DNA of 64,000 bases, taken from the NCBI GenBank assembly GCA_963696935.1, contig CAVOMB010000060.1, positions 1,704 through 65,703 of the forward strand, in the 5' to 3' direction. Positions 1 through 9,491 of this stretch are shown here, piece after piece. The position numbers and the translations under genes are program-made. A model generated the notes under the pieces. That model saw nothing but the letters and a program-made list of their open reading frames with translations. It did no database searches and was not told where the DNA came from. This stretch comes from an uncultured Thermoleophilia bacterium. GTDB lineage: Bacteria; Actinomycetota; Thermoleophilia; UBA2241. Numbering within the stretch: position 1 is the first letter of the stretch; each line of letters starts with the position of its first letter.

Positions 1-416
1 GTGTGCTGCAGCAGTTCCATGTGCTCCTGCTCGACGCTGACGATGAACTTGCTCGGTTTGACCGAGTAGTCGATGTGGCCGACCTCCATCGAGTCGAACG
101 CGAAGGCGCGCTCGAAGAGCCGGACGGCCGTCTCGCGGCCGATCGGCGCGGCGATGCCGCTGGAGAGCCGCGAGCTGATGAGCGTGTTGGTGCCGCCGTC
201 CTTGGTCATCACGGCCTCGTGACCGCGCTCGACTCCCCAGACGCGGCTGGGGCAGCAGAACATGTCGACCAGGTAGTCGACCTCGTTCTCCTCGAGCACG
301 GGGATCTTGGCCTTGACGGCCGCGGCCTCGGACCCCTCGTCGATGTCCCGGCGGATCTCTCCCCGGGTCATCTGGACGGTGCTGCCGTCACCCATGCGCG
401 TGACGATGGAACTCAC
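1..416 (-). CDS. mtbB: Dimethylamine:corrinoid methyltransferase MtbB-like, 5' part (runs off the left edge)
   Basis: Not in the ORF track. Manual translation from GTG at 416 (GGAGG RBS upstream): VSSIVTRMGDGSTVQMTRGEIRRDIDEGSEAAA...LFERAFAFDSMEVGHIDYSVKPSK. The RMGDG and ERAF..D.ME.GHIDYS.KP blocks match the MtbB N-terminus as I recall it. Confidence 0.85.
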   Translation of the reverse strand, partial: MSSIVTRMGDGSTVQMTRGEIRRDIDEGSEAAAVKAKIPVLEENEVDYLVDMFCCPSRVWGVERGHEAVMTKDGGTNTLISSRLSSGIAAPIGRETAVRLFERAFAFDSMEVGHIDYSVKPSKFIVSVEQEHMELLQH

Positions 417-457
417 CGCTCACCCCCTCCACGGTCGCACTGATGTGGGAAAAGTAC

Positions 458-500
458 CCACCTAGGTGGAGAAGAATAGGTGCATATGGGGGGTTGTCAA
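458..500 (-). promoter_or_regulatory. sigma70-type promoter and palindromic operator for the mtbB-like gene
   Basis: TTGACA-N16-TATTCT on the minus strand (500-495, 478-473); perfect palindrome CCACCTAGGTGG at 458-469 just downstream. Confidence 0.55.
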
Positions 501-541
501 GTGCAGGAGGGGTTTTTCGCCCCCCCCGGTGGGGGCGGCCG

Positions 542-1228
542 TCAGGAAGCGGGCGCCGCCGCCTCCTGCGCCCCGGCGCTCGCGGCGATCTCCAGCAACT
601 GGACCATGGAGTTGCGCAGGAGGAACTCGAGGGCGGCCAGCGGCCGGCTCAGCTCGAAGCCGTCGGGGTTGAGCCCCGCCTGCACGGAGAGGCCGTCCGG
701 GATGGCGGCGATGAGCTCGGCGAGCCCCATGAGCATCTCGTTGGCCTCGGCCCCCGGCGCCGCGAGACCCAGCCACGTGAGGTTCTGGCGATACCACCAC
801 TCGTACAGGGCGAACAGGCGCCCGCGCAGCTCCGGGTCACGGAACGCATGAGGCAGGATGTCGAAGAAGCCGCGGAACGAGTCGGCGTCCACGATCATCC
901 GCCGGATGCCCTCCATGGCCGCGTGCAGCCGCTCCTCCTGCGGCACGCTCTCGACGTCGGCCGCCAGGCGCAGGCACTCGTCGTGGATGAGGGCGTCGGC
1001 GACCGCGATGATGAGCCCGGCCTTGTTGCCGAAGTTGTAGCGGATGGACGCCTTGTTGACGCCCGCCGCGGCGGCGACGTTCTCCAGCGTGACCGCCTCG
1101 AAGCCCTTGTCGGCCAAGAGTTGCTGCGCCGCCTTGAGGATCTTCTGCGCCGTCGCCGGCAGACTCTCCACGGGGTCCTCGAACGGGAACTGCAGGCGGC
1201 CCTTGGGCTTTGGCTGGGACGTGGTCAC
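542..1228 (-). CDS. TetR/AcrR family transcriptional regulator
   Basis: N-terminal HTH ILKAAQQLLADKGFEAVTLENVAAAAGVNKASIRYNFGNK. Confidence 0.9.
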   Translation of the reverse strand: MTTSQPKPKGRLQFPFEDPVESLPATAQKILKAAQQLLADKGFEAVTLENVAAAAGVNKASIRYNFGNKAGLIIAVADALIHDECLRLAADVESVPQEERLHAAMEGIRRMIVDADSFRGFFDILPHAFRDPELRGRLFALYEWWYRQNLTWLGLAAPGAEANEMLMGLAELIAAIPDGLSVQAGLNPDGFELSRPLAALEFLLRNSMVQLLEIAASAGAQEAAAPAS

Positions 1229-1345
1229 GGTCTCCCCTCACGGTCGGTACTACACGCTACACCGGACACTCCGGTCATCCACCCGGGTGGCGGGAACGCA
1301 CGTAGAGTACCCCCGCAGGACGCTACAGCCAACACCCGCGTGCTC

Positions 1346-2386
<1,041 letters not shown>

Positions 2387-2509
2387 GGGGCCTCCTTGGC
2401 CGGGCGTGCGGGTGCCGTGCGAGCGTATCGCAGGGAGACGCCTCCGCGGAACCGGCGGTGATGGGAGGCGACAGGCAGACCCGGCGGGCGGCCCGGACGC
2501 GCCGGCGGC

Positions 2510-3250
2510 CTACGCCCGCTGCGGCCGCGGCAGCCCGAAGAGCCGGTGCGCCGGCACCGGCGCGGGCGGCCGGCGGAGCCAGCGCCGGCGGGGCGGCCGC
2601 TGCGCGGGCAGCAGCCCGTCGGCGGCCAGGCGGCCGGCGCCAAGCAGCCTCGCGAGCGCGCTCCACAGCACGATGAGCGCGAGGCCGCCGAAGAGCAGCG
2701 CCTTGCGCAGGGCCGGCGCCGGCGTCCAGTACATGGCCACCTGGTCGGCCCACTCCTGACGCAGGTTGACGACCTGCGGCAGGTGGAAGAACCACTCGCC
2801 GTTCTGGCGTCCCGCAATCTGCACCCCGGGGTTCTCGAGCGCGTTGGCCGTCTTGCCCGGGTAGTCCACCCAGATGTGGTCGAGCGACATGTACAGGTGG
2901 TTGGGAATGCCCTTGGCGGTGAGGATGCTTGCGAGCACCACGGCGCGGCTCTCACAGTCGCCGGCGCCCGTCTTGAGCGCCTCGGCGGTGGTCGGAAAGT
3001 ACCAGGGCACGCCCGCCGACCGCCAGTCGTAGGCGTAGGGCACCTGCTTGTCGAGCACGTAGGCCTCGATGGCCTTGGGGTCGTTGGGGAGCCTCGCCGC
3101 GATGGCCGCGACCGCCTGCGGCTGGATCCGCGGCCGCATGGTGTTGCGCACGCTGCGCACGAGCGCCGTGGGGTCCGGATAGAGCATCACGAGGACCCAG
3201 GCGGCGAAGAGGAAGATGAGGGCACGGCGGGGCAACATCACTGACTGCAT
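2510..3250 (-). CDS. Membrane-anchored transglutaminase-like protein
   Basis: GDCESRA catalytic Cys motif, DHIWVDY, N- and C-terminal hydrophobic segments. Confidence 0.65.
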   Translation of the reverse strand: MQSVMLPRRALIFLFAAWVLVMLYPDPTALVRSVRNTMRPRIQPQAVAAIAARLPNDPKAIEAYVLDKQVPYAYDWRSAGVPWYFPTTAEALKTGAGDCESRAVVLASILTAKGIPNHLYMSLDHIWVDYPGKTANALENPGVQIAGRQNGEWFFHLPQVVNLRQEWADQVAMYWTPAPALRKALLFGGLALIVLWSALARLLGAGRLAADGLLPAQRPPRRRWLRRPPAPVPAHRLFGLPRPQRA

Positions 3251-3289
3251 GATACCCGGGGCGGCGCGCGCGGCAGCGCGGTTCGCCGG

Positions 3290-4610
3290 CCCGGATGAAG
3301 CATGTGTGAAGAAGTGAGAAGGAAGCTCGGCGTCAGGCGTGGGACGAGCCGTCAGAGAGACGGGTGTTGCACTACGGACTTGAACTCAGGCAATCGCGTC
3401 AACGCCCGAGGACGATGTCGATGCCGAGCTTCCATCCGCGCTCCACCCTGGGGGCGGGCGCAGCGATGGCCTGTGCGGCAGCGGGGAGGCCGAGTCTTGT
3501 TGACGAGGGTCGCTGGGCGCCCTCAGCGCATCTGAGGCGGCTCTCCTTCGCTAGGCCGCTGCCCTGTACACCTCCCCACGGTCGAGGAGGGTCCAGGACA
3601 GTCCGAGCGGCTCGCGCGCGGCCGCCACCAGGGCGACCTTCTTGCCGCGGCGGTGGGCACGTGCGAGGTAGCGGTCGCGTAGCGGCCCAAGCAGGCGCAC
3701 GGCGACGTGCGCCGCCTCGACCAGGGCGCGGCGTGCGTGCGGCGAGCCGGCGCGCGTGATGCGCCCGTAGTGGGCGACGTCGGCCGAGGCGCGCACGCAG
3801 GGCACGAGCCCGAAGTAGGCGGAGACCTGGGCCGCGCGCGCGAAGCGGTGCGGGTCGCCGAGCTCGGCGACGAGCGTCGCGGAGGTGAGGAAGCCGACCC
3901 CGGGGATGGTCTGCAGCAGAGCCACCTCAGGGGCGCCGCGGAGGCGCTCGCGCAGCAGCGCCGTGAGCTCCGCCACGTGGGCGTCGGCCTCGTCGATGGT
4001 GGCGAACAGCAGCTCGACGAGCGTGCACGTGTGGGCGTCGAGCTCGAAGCTCGGCGAGCCAGACGCGGCCGCCTCTGCCGAAGAGGTCCGTGCCCGCGAA
4101 GCGCAGGCAGTGGCGCGTGAGCAGGTTGCTGATGCGGTTCTTGGCGGTGGTGCGCTGGGCGACGAAGCGCCAGCGGAGGCGCACGAGGCTCGCGCAGCTC
4201 GCGCACCTCGGCCGGCGGCGCCCAGGCCTCGGGCACGAGGTCGCAGCGCAGCAGATGGGCGAGGATGCGCGCGTCGATCTTGTCGGTCTTCACGCGCGCC
4301 GAGGCGATCGCCTTCACGTGCGAGGGGTGCGCCAGCTTGACGGAGGCGGCGCAGCTGCGCAAGGCGTCGTAGGTGCGGTGCCAGCTGCCGGTCGCCTCGA
4401 GGACCACGGCGCAGTCGCCCGGGACGATGCTCGCGACCTCTTCGGTCGGCAGGCTGCCCTCGCGGAGGATCTCTCCGACCGGGTCCATCAGGCAGTACTG
4501 GGTGCGCACCTTGTGCACGTCGAGTCCCAGGTAGTACGTTGGCATCGGCGCTCTCCTTCCCTGTCGGCGGTGGCTACGACGACAGTACGGGGAGCGTCCT
4601 GTTCATGCCA
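3290..4610 (-). mobile_element. IS110/IS1111-family insertion sequence (ends approximate)
   Basis: Frameshifted transposase flanked by a ~60 bp 5' and a ~260 bp 3' non-coding region; no terminal IRs or target duplication seen. Confidence 0.8.
3551..4545 (-). pseudogene. IS110 transposase, split over several frames
   Basis: RuvC-like YLGLDVHK / VLEATG / KTDKID in ORF 3523-4545; C-terminal LQTIPGVG..SAYFGLVP..S..GRITRAG in ORF 3551-3976; middle part in ORF 3927-4184. Confidence 0.9.
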
Positions 4611-4621
4611 TCTTGTTAGTC
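4601..4621 (-). other. Probable left half of an attC site (R'' plus L''-like box), interrupted at the IS110 end
   Basis: GACTAAC overlaps the parE TAA stop and is near-complementary to the cassette's 5' core GTTGGTC; followed by GCATGAAC. No matching right half found. Confidence 0.45.
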
Positions 4622-4924
4622 ACGCCCAACGTCGTCCGGCTCTGCGGGGAGCTGAGCCGAGTGCCAGGCCGCGACCACCCAGACCGCGTCCTCCTTGACG
4701 CGGTAGAAGAAGCGGTAGGGCGGAACGATGACCTCGCGGAACGCAAGGTCAGGGAACTCGGGTAGCACGCGCCCCGACTCCGGGTACTCGCCGAGGCGCG
4801 AGAGCGAGGCGGCAGCTCGGTCGCGCAAGTTGCGCGCTGCGACTGGGTCGTCAGCCGCAACGTAGGCGAGCGCCGCGAGGAACTGTTCGCGGGCGGCGGG
4901 CGTGAAGAGGACCCTGCGGCTCAA
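4616..4924 (-). CDS. RelE/ParE family toxin
   Basis: TTG start overlapping the antitoxin stop; VLFTPAAREQ..YVAADDPVAA..YPESGR..FREVIVPPYRFFYRV. Confidence 0.85.
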   Translation of the reverse strand: MSRRVLFTPAAREQFLAALAYVAADDPVAARNLRDRAAASLSRLGEYPESGRVLPEFPDLAFREVIVPPYRFFYRVKEDAVWVVAAWHSAQLPAEPDDVGRD

Positions 4925-5197
4925 GGCCTGCCGAGCAGGTGGTCGGCCTCGGCGAGTACCTCCGCGAGCGCGTGGCCGGAACCGGCCTCGATCTCGGCCT
5001 CGCCGCGGGCGAGCAGGCGCAGGATCTCGAAGCTCGTGCTGCGTGCGCTCGTAGGCCCGTGCGCTGACCACGACTGCCGCTGCGCGGCCGCGCTGGGTGA
5101 TGAACACCGGCTGCTGCGTGTCGGCGGCGCGCTTGATCACGCCAGAGGCGTCCTGACGCAGGTCGGTGATGGGGACGATGTCGGGTACTGATGCCAT
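4921..5197 (-). pseudogene. Phd/YefM antitoxin with a +1 frameshift near 5030 (possibly sequencing error)
   Basis: IVPITDLRQDASGVIKRAADTQQPVFITQRGRAAAVVVS; removing one T restores ..HELEILRLLARGEAEIEAG..ADHLLGRP*. Confidence 0.85.
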
Positions 5198-5212
5198 TGA
5201 AGCTACCTCCTA

Positions 5213-5232
5213 TGATACCGACAACGGTATCA
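5213..5232. promoter_or_regulatory. Palindromic operator upstream of phd-parE
   Basis: TGATACCG-acaa-CGGTATCA, perfect 8-bp inverted repeat just upstream of the RBS; typical of toxin-antitoxin autoregulation. Confidence 0.6.
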
Positions 5233-5266
5233 CTAACGTACTCTCGCGACCAGAGGAGAGGGCTGT

Positions 5267-5353
5267 GACCAACGCCCGGCGCATAAGCTGTGCGCCGCGC
5301 CGTCCCGGTCAATCTGGGCGCTCCGGCGCATCAGGTTGATGCACTTGTTGGGT
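5267..5353 (-). other. Integron attC site (hicBA cassette), 87 bp
   Basis: R'' ACCCAAC, L'' CATCAACCTGATGCGCC, L' GGCGCACAGCTTATG, R' GTTGGTC; arms pair with unpaired C and A (G and T on the bottom strand). Confidence 0.8.
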
Positions 5354-5360
5354 GGCGCGA

Positions 5361-5585
5361 TCACCGCGCCTCAAGAAGTTCGTCGATGGTCAGGTGGATG
5401 TCTGCGGCGATCTTGCGCAGCAGCGCGGGCGAGATGTCGCGACCGGCGTGGAAGGGCACCGTCGTCGTGCGGCCGTCGGGATGGCGGAACTGCTTGTGCG
5501 AGCCGCGCTGGCGGACTTCCGCGAAGCCGAGGGCCTCGAGTAGGGTGACGACCTGCCGCGGCTTGAGGACCGGCAGGCTGCCCAT
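5361..5585 (-). CDS. hicA: HicA family toxin
   Basis: LEALGFAEVRQRGSHKQFRHPDGRTTTVPFH (GSH motif). Confidence 0.92.
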   Translation of the reverse strand: MGSLPVLKPRQVVTLLEALGFAEVRQRGSHKQFRHPDGRTTTVPFHAGRDISPALLRKIAADIHLTIDELLEAR

Positions 5586-5591
5586 GGAAGG

Positions 5592-5807
5592 TCAGGCGAC
5601 CTGGATGGTGCGCACGTCGATGAACTCGGACTCGAGCGCCGGCTCACCGTCCTCGAGCAGCATCTCGATGACCTCGCGCAGGTTCTGCTGCAGTTCGTCG
5701 ATGTCGGCGCCCTGGCTGTGAGCGCCGGGCCAGCCCGGCACGTAGCCGATCAGCAGGTTGGTGTCGGGGTCACGCTCGACGACGAAGTTGTACGACCGCA
5801 TGGTCAC
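5592..5807 (-). CDS. hicB: HicB family antitoxin (short form)
   Basis: YNFVVERDPD..GYVPGWPGAHSQGADIDELQQNLREVIEMLLE. Confidence 0.9.
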   Translation of the reverse strand: MTMRSYNFVVERDPDTNLLIGYVPGWPGAHSQGADIDELQQNLREVIEMLLEDGEPALESEFIDVRTIQVA

Positions 5808-5875
5808 GCCTCCTTGCGACCCTTCTAAGATAGCCCACGCCCAGGCGAGGACGCCAGACGTACCGGCGAACGTCC

Positions 5876-5959
5876 GCCCAACGTGTTAGGCATGAGCGGC
5901 GGCCCATGCCCTGCTGGTTGATACTACCTGACGCCGTCCGCTCGATGCCTTTGTTGGAC
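5876..5959 (-). other. Integron attC site (GNAT cassette), 84 bp
   Basis: R'' GTCCAAC, L'' CATCGAGCGGACGGC, L' GCCGCCGCTCATG, R' GTTGGGC; canonical extrahelical G and T on the bottom strand; lies 2 bp after the GNAT stop. Confidence 0.88.
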
Positions 5960-5961
5960 GG

Positions 5962-6438
5962 CTAATGGCGAGTGTCGCAGTGTCGAATGAGCGTGACCAT
6001 CGGAATCCCGTCAGGAGTCGTCCAGCGGCTCTGCTGGGAGAAGCCGTGCGCAGCATACAGCTCTAGCGCCGGGATATTCTGGACCCCCGTCGAGACCGTG
6101 AGGTCTACGCAGGGATGAGTCTCGACGATGTCGCGCAGAAGCGCCGTCGCCAGTCCCTCGCGAAAGTGGGATGGGCTCACAACCAACGCGCTGATCTGTT
6201 GAAGCCCCGGCTCAACTTGCTCGAGTTCAGCAACGGCGGTGAGACCACCGTCCAGCCAGATGCCAAGGAAGCAGGCCTGAGCGCCCGCGATTTGCGCGGT
6301 TGTGCGACGCAGAGGCATGAAGTCCACAACGCCGAGAATGGCAGCCTCGACACGATAGGCAGCGAACATGACGGCCCGAATCGCGTCTGCCACATCCAAG
6401 GACGCATGGTCGAGCTGGACAATCTGGCTGGTGGTCAA
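5962..6438 (-). CDS. GNAT family N-acetyltransferase (gene cassette)
   Basis: ISALVVSPSHFREGLATALL acetyl-CoA motif A, NIPALELYAAHGF; lower GC and atypical codons. Confidence 0.88.
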   Translation of the reverse strand: MTTSQIVQLDHASLDVADAIRAVMFAAYRVEAAILGVVDFMPLRRTTAQIAGAQACFLGIWLDGGLTAVAELEQVEPGLQQISALVVSPSHFREGLATALLRDIVETHPCVDLTVSTGVQNIPALELYAAHGFSQQSRWTTPDGIPMVTLIRHCDTRH

Positions 6439-6449
6439 AGGTGGAGTCC

Positions 6450-6510
6450 GTCCAACTACTATTCTGCAGTCTGCGTAAGCGTGTTACGCAGCTGCCGACT
6501 TCTGCATAAC
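6450..6510 (-). other. attI-like recombination site heading the cassette array
   Basis: Core GTTGGAC (6456-6450) is the exact complement of the cassette's R''; upstream inverted repeat CTGCGTAA/TTACGCAG and direct repeat TGCAGAA; no attC-type hairpin. Confidence 0.45.
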
Positions 6511-6731
6511 AGCGTACCACGAGCCTACGAGAAGGTAGAGAGCAACCTGCATAGGACGTGTCGGGAGCCGTGGGAGTCCATCGAAGCGAAACACCGTAGA
6601 CGACCGACGAACGCAGGCGCGCTCCCACTGCACGGGACTGTGCGACGGCTCACCCAGGCGGAATGCCGCTTCGCGGGAACCTTGATGTGCCTACGGTCGG
6701 GTGAGCCTTCGGCGCACCCGACGGTGACCCG

Positions 6732-6767
6732 CCTCCGGCGAGCCGCAGAGCGGCTCGCCTCCGGAGG
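6732..6767 (-). terminator. GC-rich hairpin directly after the guaA stop
   Basis: CCTCCGGcGAGCCGC...CGGCTCgcctCCGGAGG inverted repeat; no U-tract. Confidence 0.4.
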
Positions 6768-8324
6768 TTACTCCCACTCGATGGTGCTGGGCGGCTTGCT
6801 CGAGACGTCGTAGACGACGCGGTTGACCTCTGGCACCTCGTTGATGATGCGCGAGGCCAGGGTCTCCAGCAGGTCGTAGGGGAGCCGCGCCCAGTCGGCC
6901 GTCATGGCGTCGTCGCTGGTGACGGCCCTGATGGCGATGGCGTAGCCGTAGGTGCGCTCGTCGCCCTGCACGCCGACGCTGCGGATGACGGGCAGGATCG
7001 CGAAGCACTGCCAGAGCTCGCGGTAGAGACCCGCCTTGCGGATCTCCTCCTGGACGATCGCGTCCGCGCGTTGCAGCACGTCCACGCGCTCGCGGGTGAT
7101 CTCGCCGATGATGCGGATGGCGAGGCCGGGACCCGGGAACGGCTGCCGCCAGACGATGTGCTCCGGCAGCCCGAGCTCCTCGCCCACGGCGCGGACCTCG
7201 TCCTTGAACAGCCAGCGCAGCGGCTCGACGAGCTCGAAGTCCATCTTCTCGGGAAGGCCGCCGACGTTGTGGTGGCTCTTGATCTTGGCGGCCTGCCGCG
7301 TGCCGCTCTCGATGACGTCGCTGTACAGGGTGCCCTGCACGAGGTACTTGGCGTCGGTGAGCTTGCGCGCCTCCTCCTCGAAGCAGCGGATGAACTCCTC
7401 GCCGATGATCTTGCGCTTGCGCTCCGGCTCGGTGACGCCGGCCAGCTTGTCCAGGAACCGGTCGCTGGCGTCGACCGACACCAGCGGGATGCCGAAGGTG
7501 CCGGAGAAGGTCTCGACGACGCGGTCGGCCTCGCGCATGCGCATCATGCCCTGGTCGACGAACACGCAGGTGAGCCGGTCGCCGATGGCCCGGTGCATGA
7601 GCAGCGCGGCCACGGACGAGTCGACGCCGCCGGAGAGGCCGAGGATCGCCTTGGACTCTCCGACCTGCTCGCGGATCTTGCGGATGGACTCCTCGACGAC
7701 CGCCTCGGGCGTGAAGGTGGGCGCGCAGCCGCAGGCCTTGTAGAGGAAGCTGCGCAGGACGTCCATACCCTTGGGCGTATGCACGACCTCGGGGTGGAAC
7801 TGCACGGCGTAGAAGCCGCGCTCCCGGTCCTCCATGGCGGCCACGGGAGCGCCGGGGGTGGACGCGAGCACCTCAAAGCCGGGCGGCGCCGCGGTGATGC
7901 TGTCGCGGTGGCTCATCCAGCACTGCTCTTCGGGGCGCATGCTCTCGAGCACGAGGCCCTTCTTGTGCACGCTCAGCGTGGTCTTGCCGAACTCGCTGAG
8001 GTCGGTGCGCGAGACGGTGCCGCCGAGCTCGAGGGCGACTCCCTGGGCGCCGTAGCAGATGCCCAGCACGGGGATGCCGAGCTCGAACAGCTCGGGATTG
8101 ACCCTGGGGGCGTCCTCGACGTACACGCTGGCAGGGCCGCCGGACAGGATGATGCCCTTGGGGTCATAGCTCTTGATGCGCTCGACGGACGCGTCGTGCG
8201 GGATCAGCTCGGAGTAGACCCTGCACTCGCGCACGCGACGCGCGATGAGCTGTCCGTACTGGGCCCCGTAGTCGAGGACCAGGACGGTGTCGAACCCCTT
8301 GACCTGCGGCGCACCCTGAACCAC
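6768..8324 (-). CDS. guaA: GMP synthase (glutamine-hydrolysing)
   Basis: [55 protein letters not shown]. Confidence 0.98.
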   Translation of the reverse strand: MVQGAPQVKGFDTVLVLDYGAQYGQLIARRVRECRVYSELIPHDASVERIKSYDPKGIILSGGPASVYVEDAPRVNPELFELGIPVLGICYGAQGVALELGGTVSRTDLSEFGKTTLSVHKKGLVLESMRPEEQCWMSHRDSITAAPPGFEVLASTPGAPVAAMEDRERGFYAVQFHPEVVHTPKGMDVLRSFLYKACGCAPTFTPEAVVEESIRKIREQVGESKAILGLSGGVDSSVAALLMHRAIGDRLTCVFVDQGMMRMREADRVVETFSGTFGIPLVSVDASDRFLDKLAGVTEPERKRKIIGEEFIRCFEEEARKLTDAKYLVQGTLYSDVIESGTRQAAKIKSHHNVGGLPEKMDFELVEPLRWLFKDEVRAVGEELGLPEHIVWRQPFPGPGLAIRIIGEITRERVDVLQRADAIVQEEIRKAGLYRELWQCFAILPVIRSVGVQGDERTYGYAIAIRAVTSDDAMTADWARLPYDLLETLASRIINEVPEVNRVVYDVSSKPPSTIEWE

Positions 8325-8333
8325 TGCGCCTCC

Positions 8334-9491
8334 TTATCCCATGCCTACGTCTTGTTCCTTCTGCAGCTTCTTGCCCTCGGTCATGAGCGCCGGCGCGACC
8401 ATGACCTCGGCCTTCTGGAACGAGGTCAGCGTCTCGTAGCCGCACGTCGCCATGCTGGTGCGCAGGGCGCCGAACAGGTTGCGCGTGCCGTCGTTCTCGT
8501 GCGCCGGGCCGAGCAGGATCTCCTCGAGCGTGCCCTTGGTGCCGGCCTTGACGCGCGTGCCGCGCGGCAGCTCGGGATGGAACGTCGCCATGCCCCAGTG
8601 GTAGCCACGGCCGGGCGCCTCGCTGGCGGTCGCCAGCGGCGAGCCGATCATGACCGCGTCGGCGCCGAGGGCGATGGCCTTGCTCACGTCGCCGCCGGTG
8701 CGCATGCCGCCGTCGGCGATGACGTTGCAGTACTGACCGGTCTCGAGCACGTGCTGGACGCGCGCCGCGGCGGCGTCGGCGATGGCCGTGGCCTGCGGGA
8801 CGCCGATGCCGAGCACGCCGCGCGTGGTGCAGGCGTGGCCCGGGCCGACGCCGACGAGCACGCCTACGGCGCCGGTGCGCATGAGGTGCAGCGTGGTGGC
8901 GTAGCTGGCCACGCCGCCCACGATCACCGGCACCTCGCACTCGCTGATGAACTTCCTGAGGTCGAGCGGCTCGACCCTGGTGCTGACGTGCTCGGCCGAG
9001 ACCACGGTGCCCTGGATGATGAGCACGTCGAGGCCGGCCTCGAGGGCGATCTTGTAATAGTCCTCCACCCGCTGCGGCGTGAGCGACGCGGCGGCGAGCA
9101 CGCCGCCGTCCTTGATCTCCTTGATGCGCTTGGCGACCAGCTCGGCCTTGATGGGCTCCTTGTAGATCTCCTGCATGGTGCGGGTCGCCGTGTCGTTGGG
9201 CAGCGACGCGATGCGGTCGAGCTGCTCGGCGGCGTTCTCGTAGCGGGTCTGGACGCCCTCGAGGTTGAGCACGGCGAGCCCGCCGAGCTTGCCCATGGTG
9301 ACGGCGAAGCCGGGGTCGACCACGCCGTCCATCGCCGAGGCGAGGCAGGGAATCGGCAGGGTGTGCTCGGCGAGCTTCCACGTTATGTCGACGTCTTCGG
9401 CGTCGCGGGTACGCCGGCTGGGCACGATGGCGATGTCGTCGAAGCCGTAGGCCCTGCGGCCCTTCTTGCCGCGGCCGATCTCTACTTCCAT
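8334..9491 (-). CDS. guaB: IMP dehydrogenase family protein (GuaB3-like, lacks CBS domains)
   Basis: MEVEIGRGKKGRRAYGFDDIAIVPSRRT, GVGPGHACTT, IADGG; ATG at 9491 with AGGAGG RBS. Confidence 0.9.
   Translation of the reverse strand: MEVEIGRGKKGRRAYGFDDIAIVPSRRTRDAEDVDITWKLAEHTLPIPCLASAMDGVVDPGFAVTMGKLGGLAVLNLEGVQTRYENAAEQLDRIASLPNDTATRTMQEIYKEPIKAELVAKRIKEIKDGGVLAAASLTPQRVEDYYKIALEAGLDVLIIQGTVVSAEHVSTRVEPLDLRKFISECEVPVIVGGVASYATTLHLMRTGAVGVLVGVGPGHACTTRGVLGIGVPQATAIADAAAARVQHVLETGQYCNVIADGGMRTGGDVSKAIALGADAVMIGSPLATASEAPGRGYHWGMATFHPELPRGTRVKAGTKGTLEEILLGPAHENDGTRNLFGALRTSMATCGYETLTSFQKAEVMVAPALMTEGKKLQKEQDVGMG

Noticed and set aside
3-443. Plus-strand 146-aa ORF at the left edge
   Set aside because: The opposite strand encodes the recognisable MtbB-like protein with an RBS and promoter.
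3225-3260. Possible right half of the third attC (GTATCATGC ... GTTGCCC) beyond the IS110
   Set aside because: Core does not fit GTTRRRY, the spacing is too long, and it overlaps the start of the transglutaminase gene.
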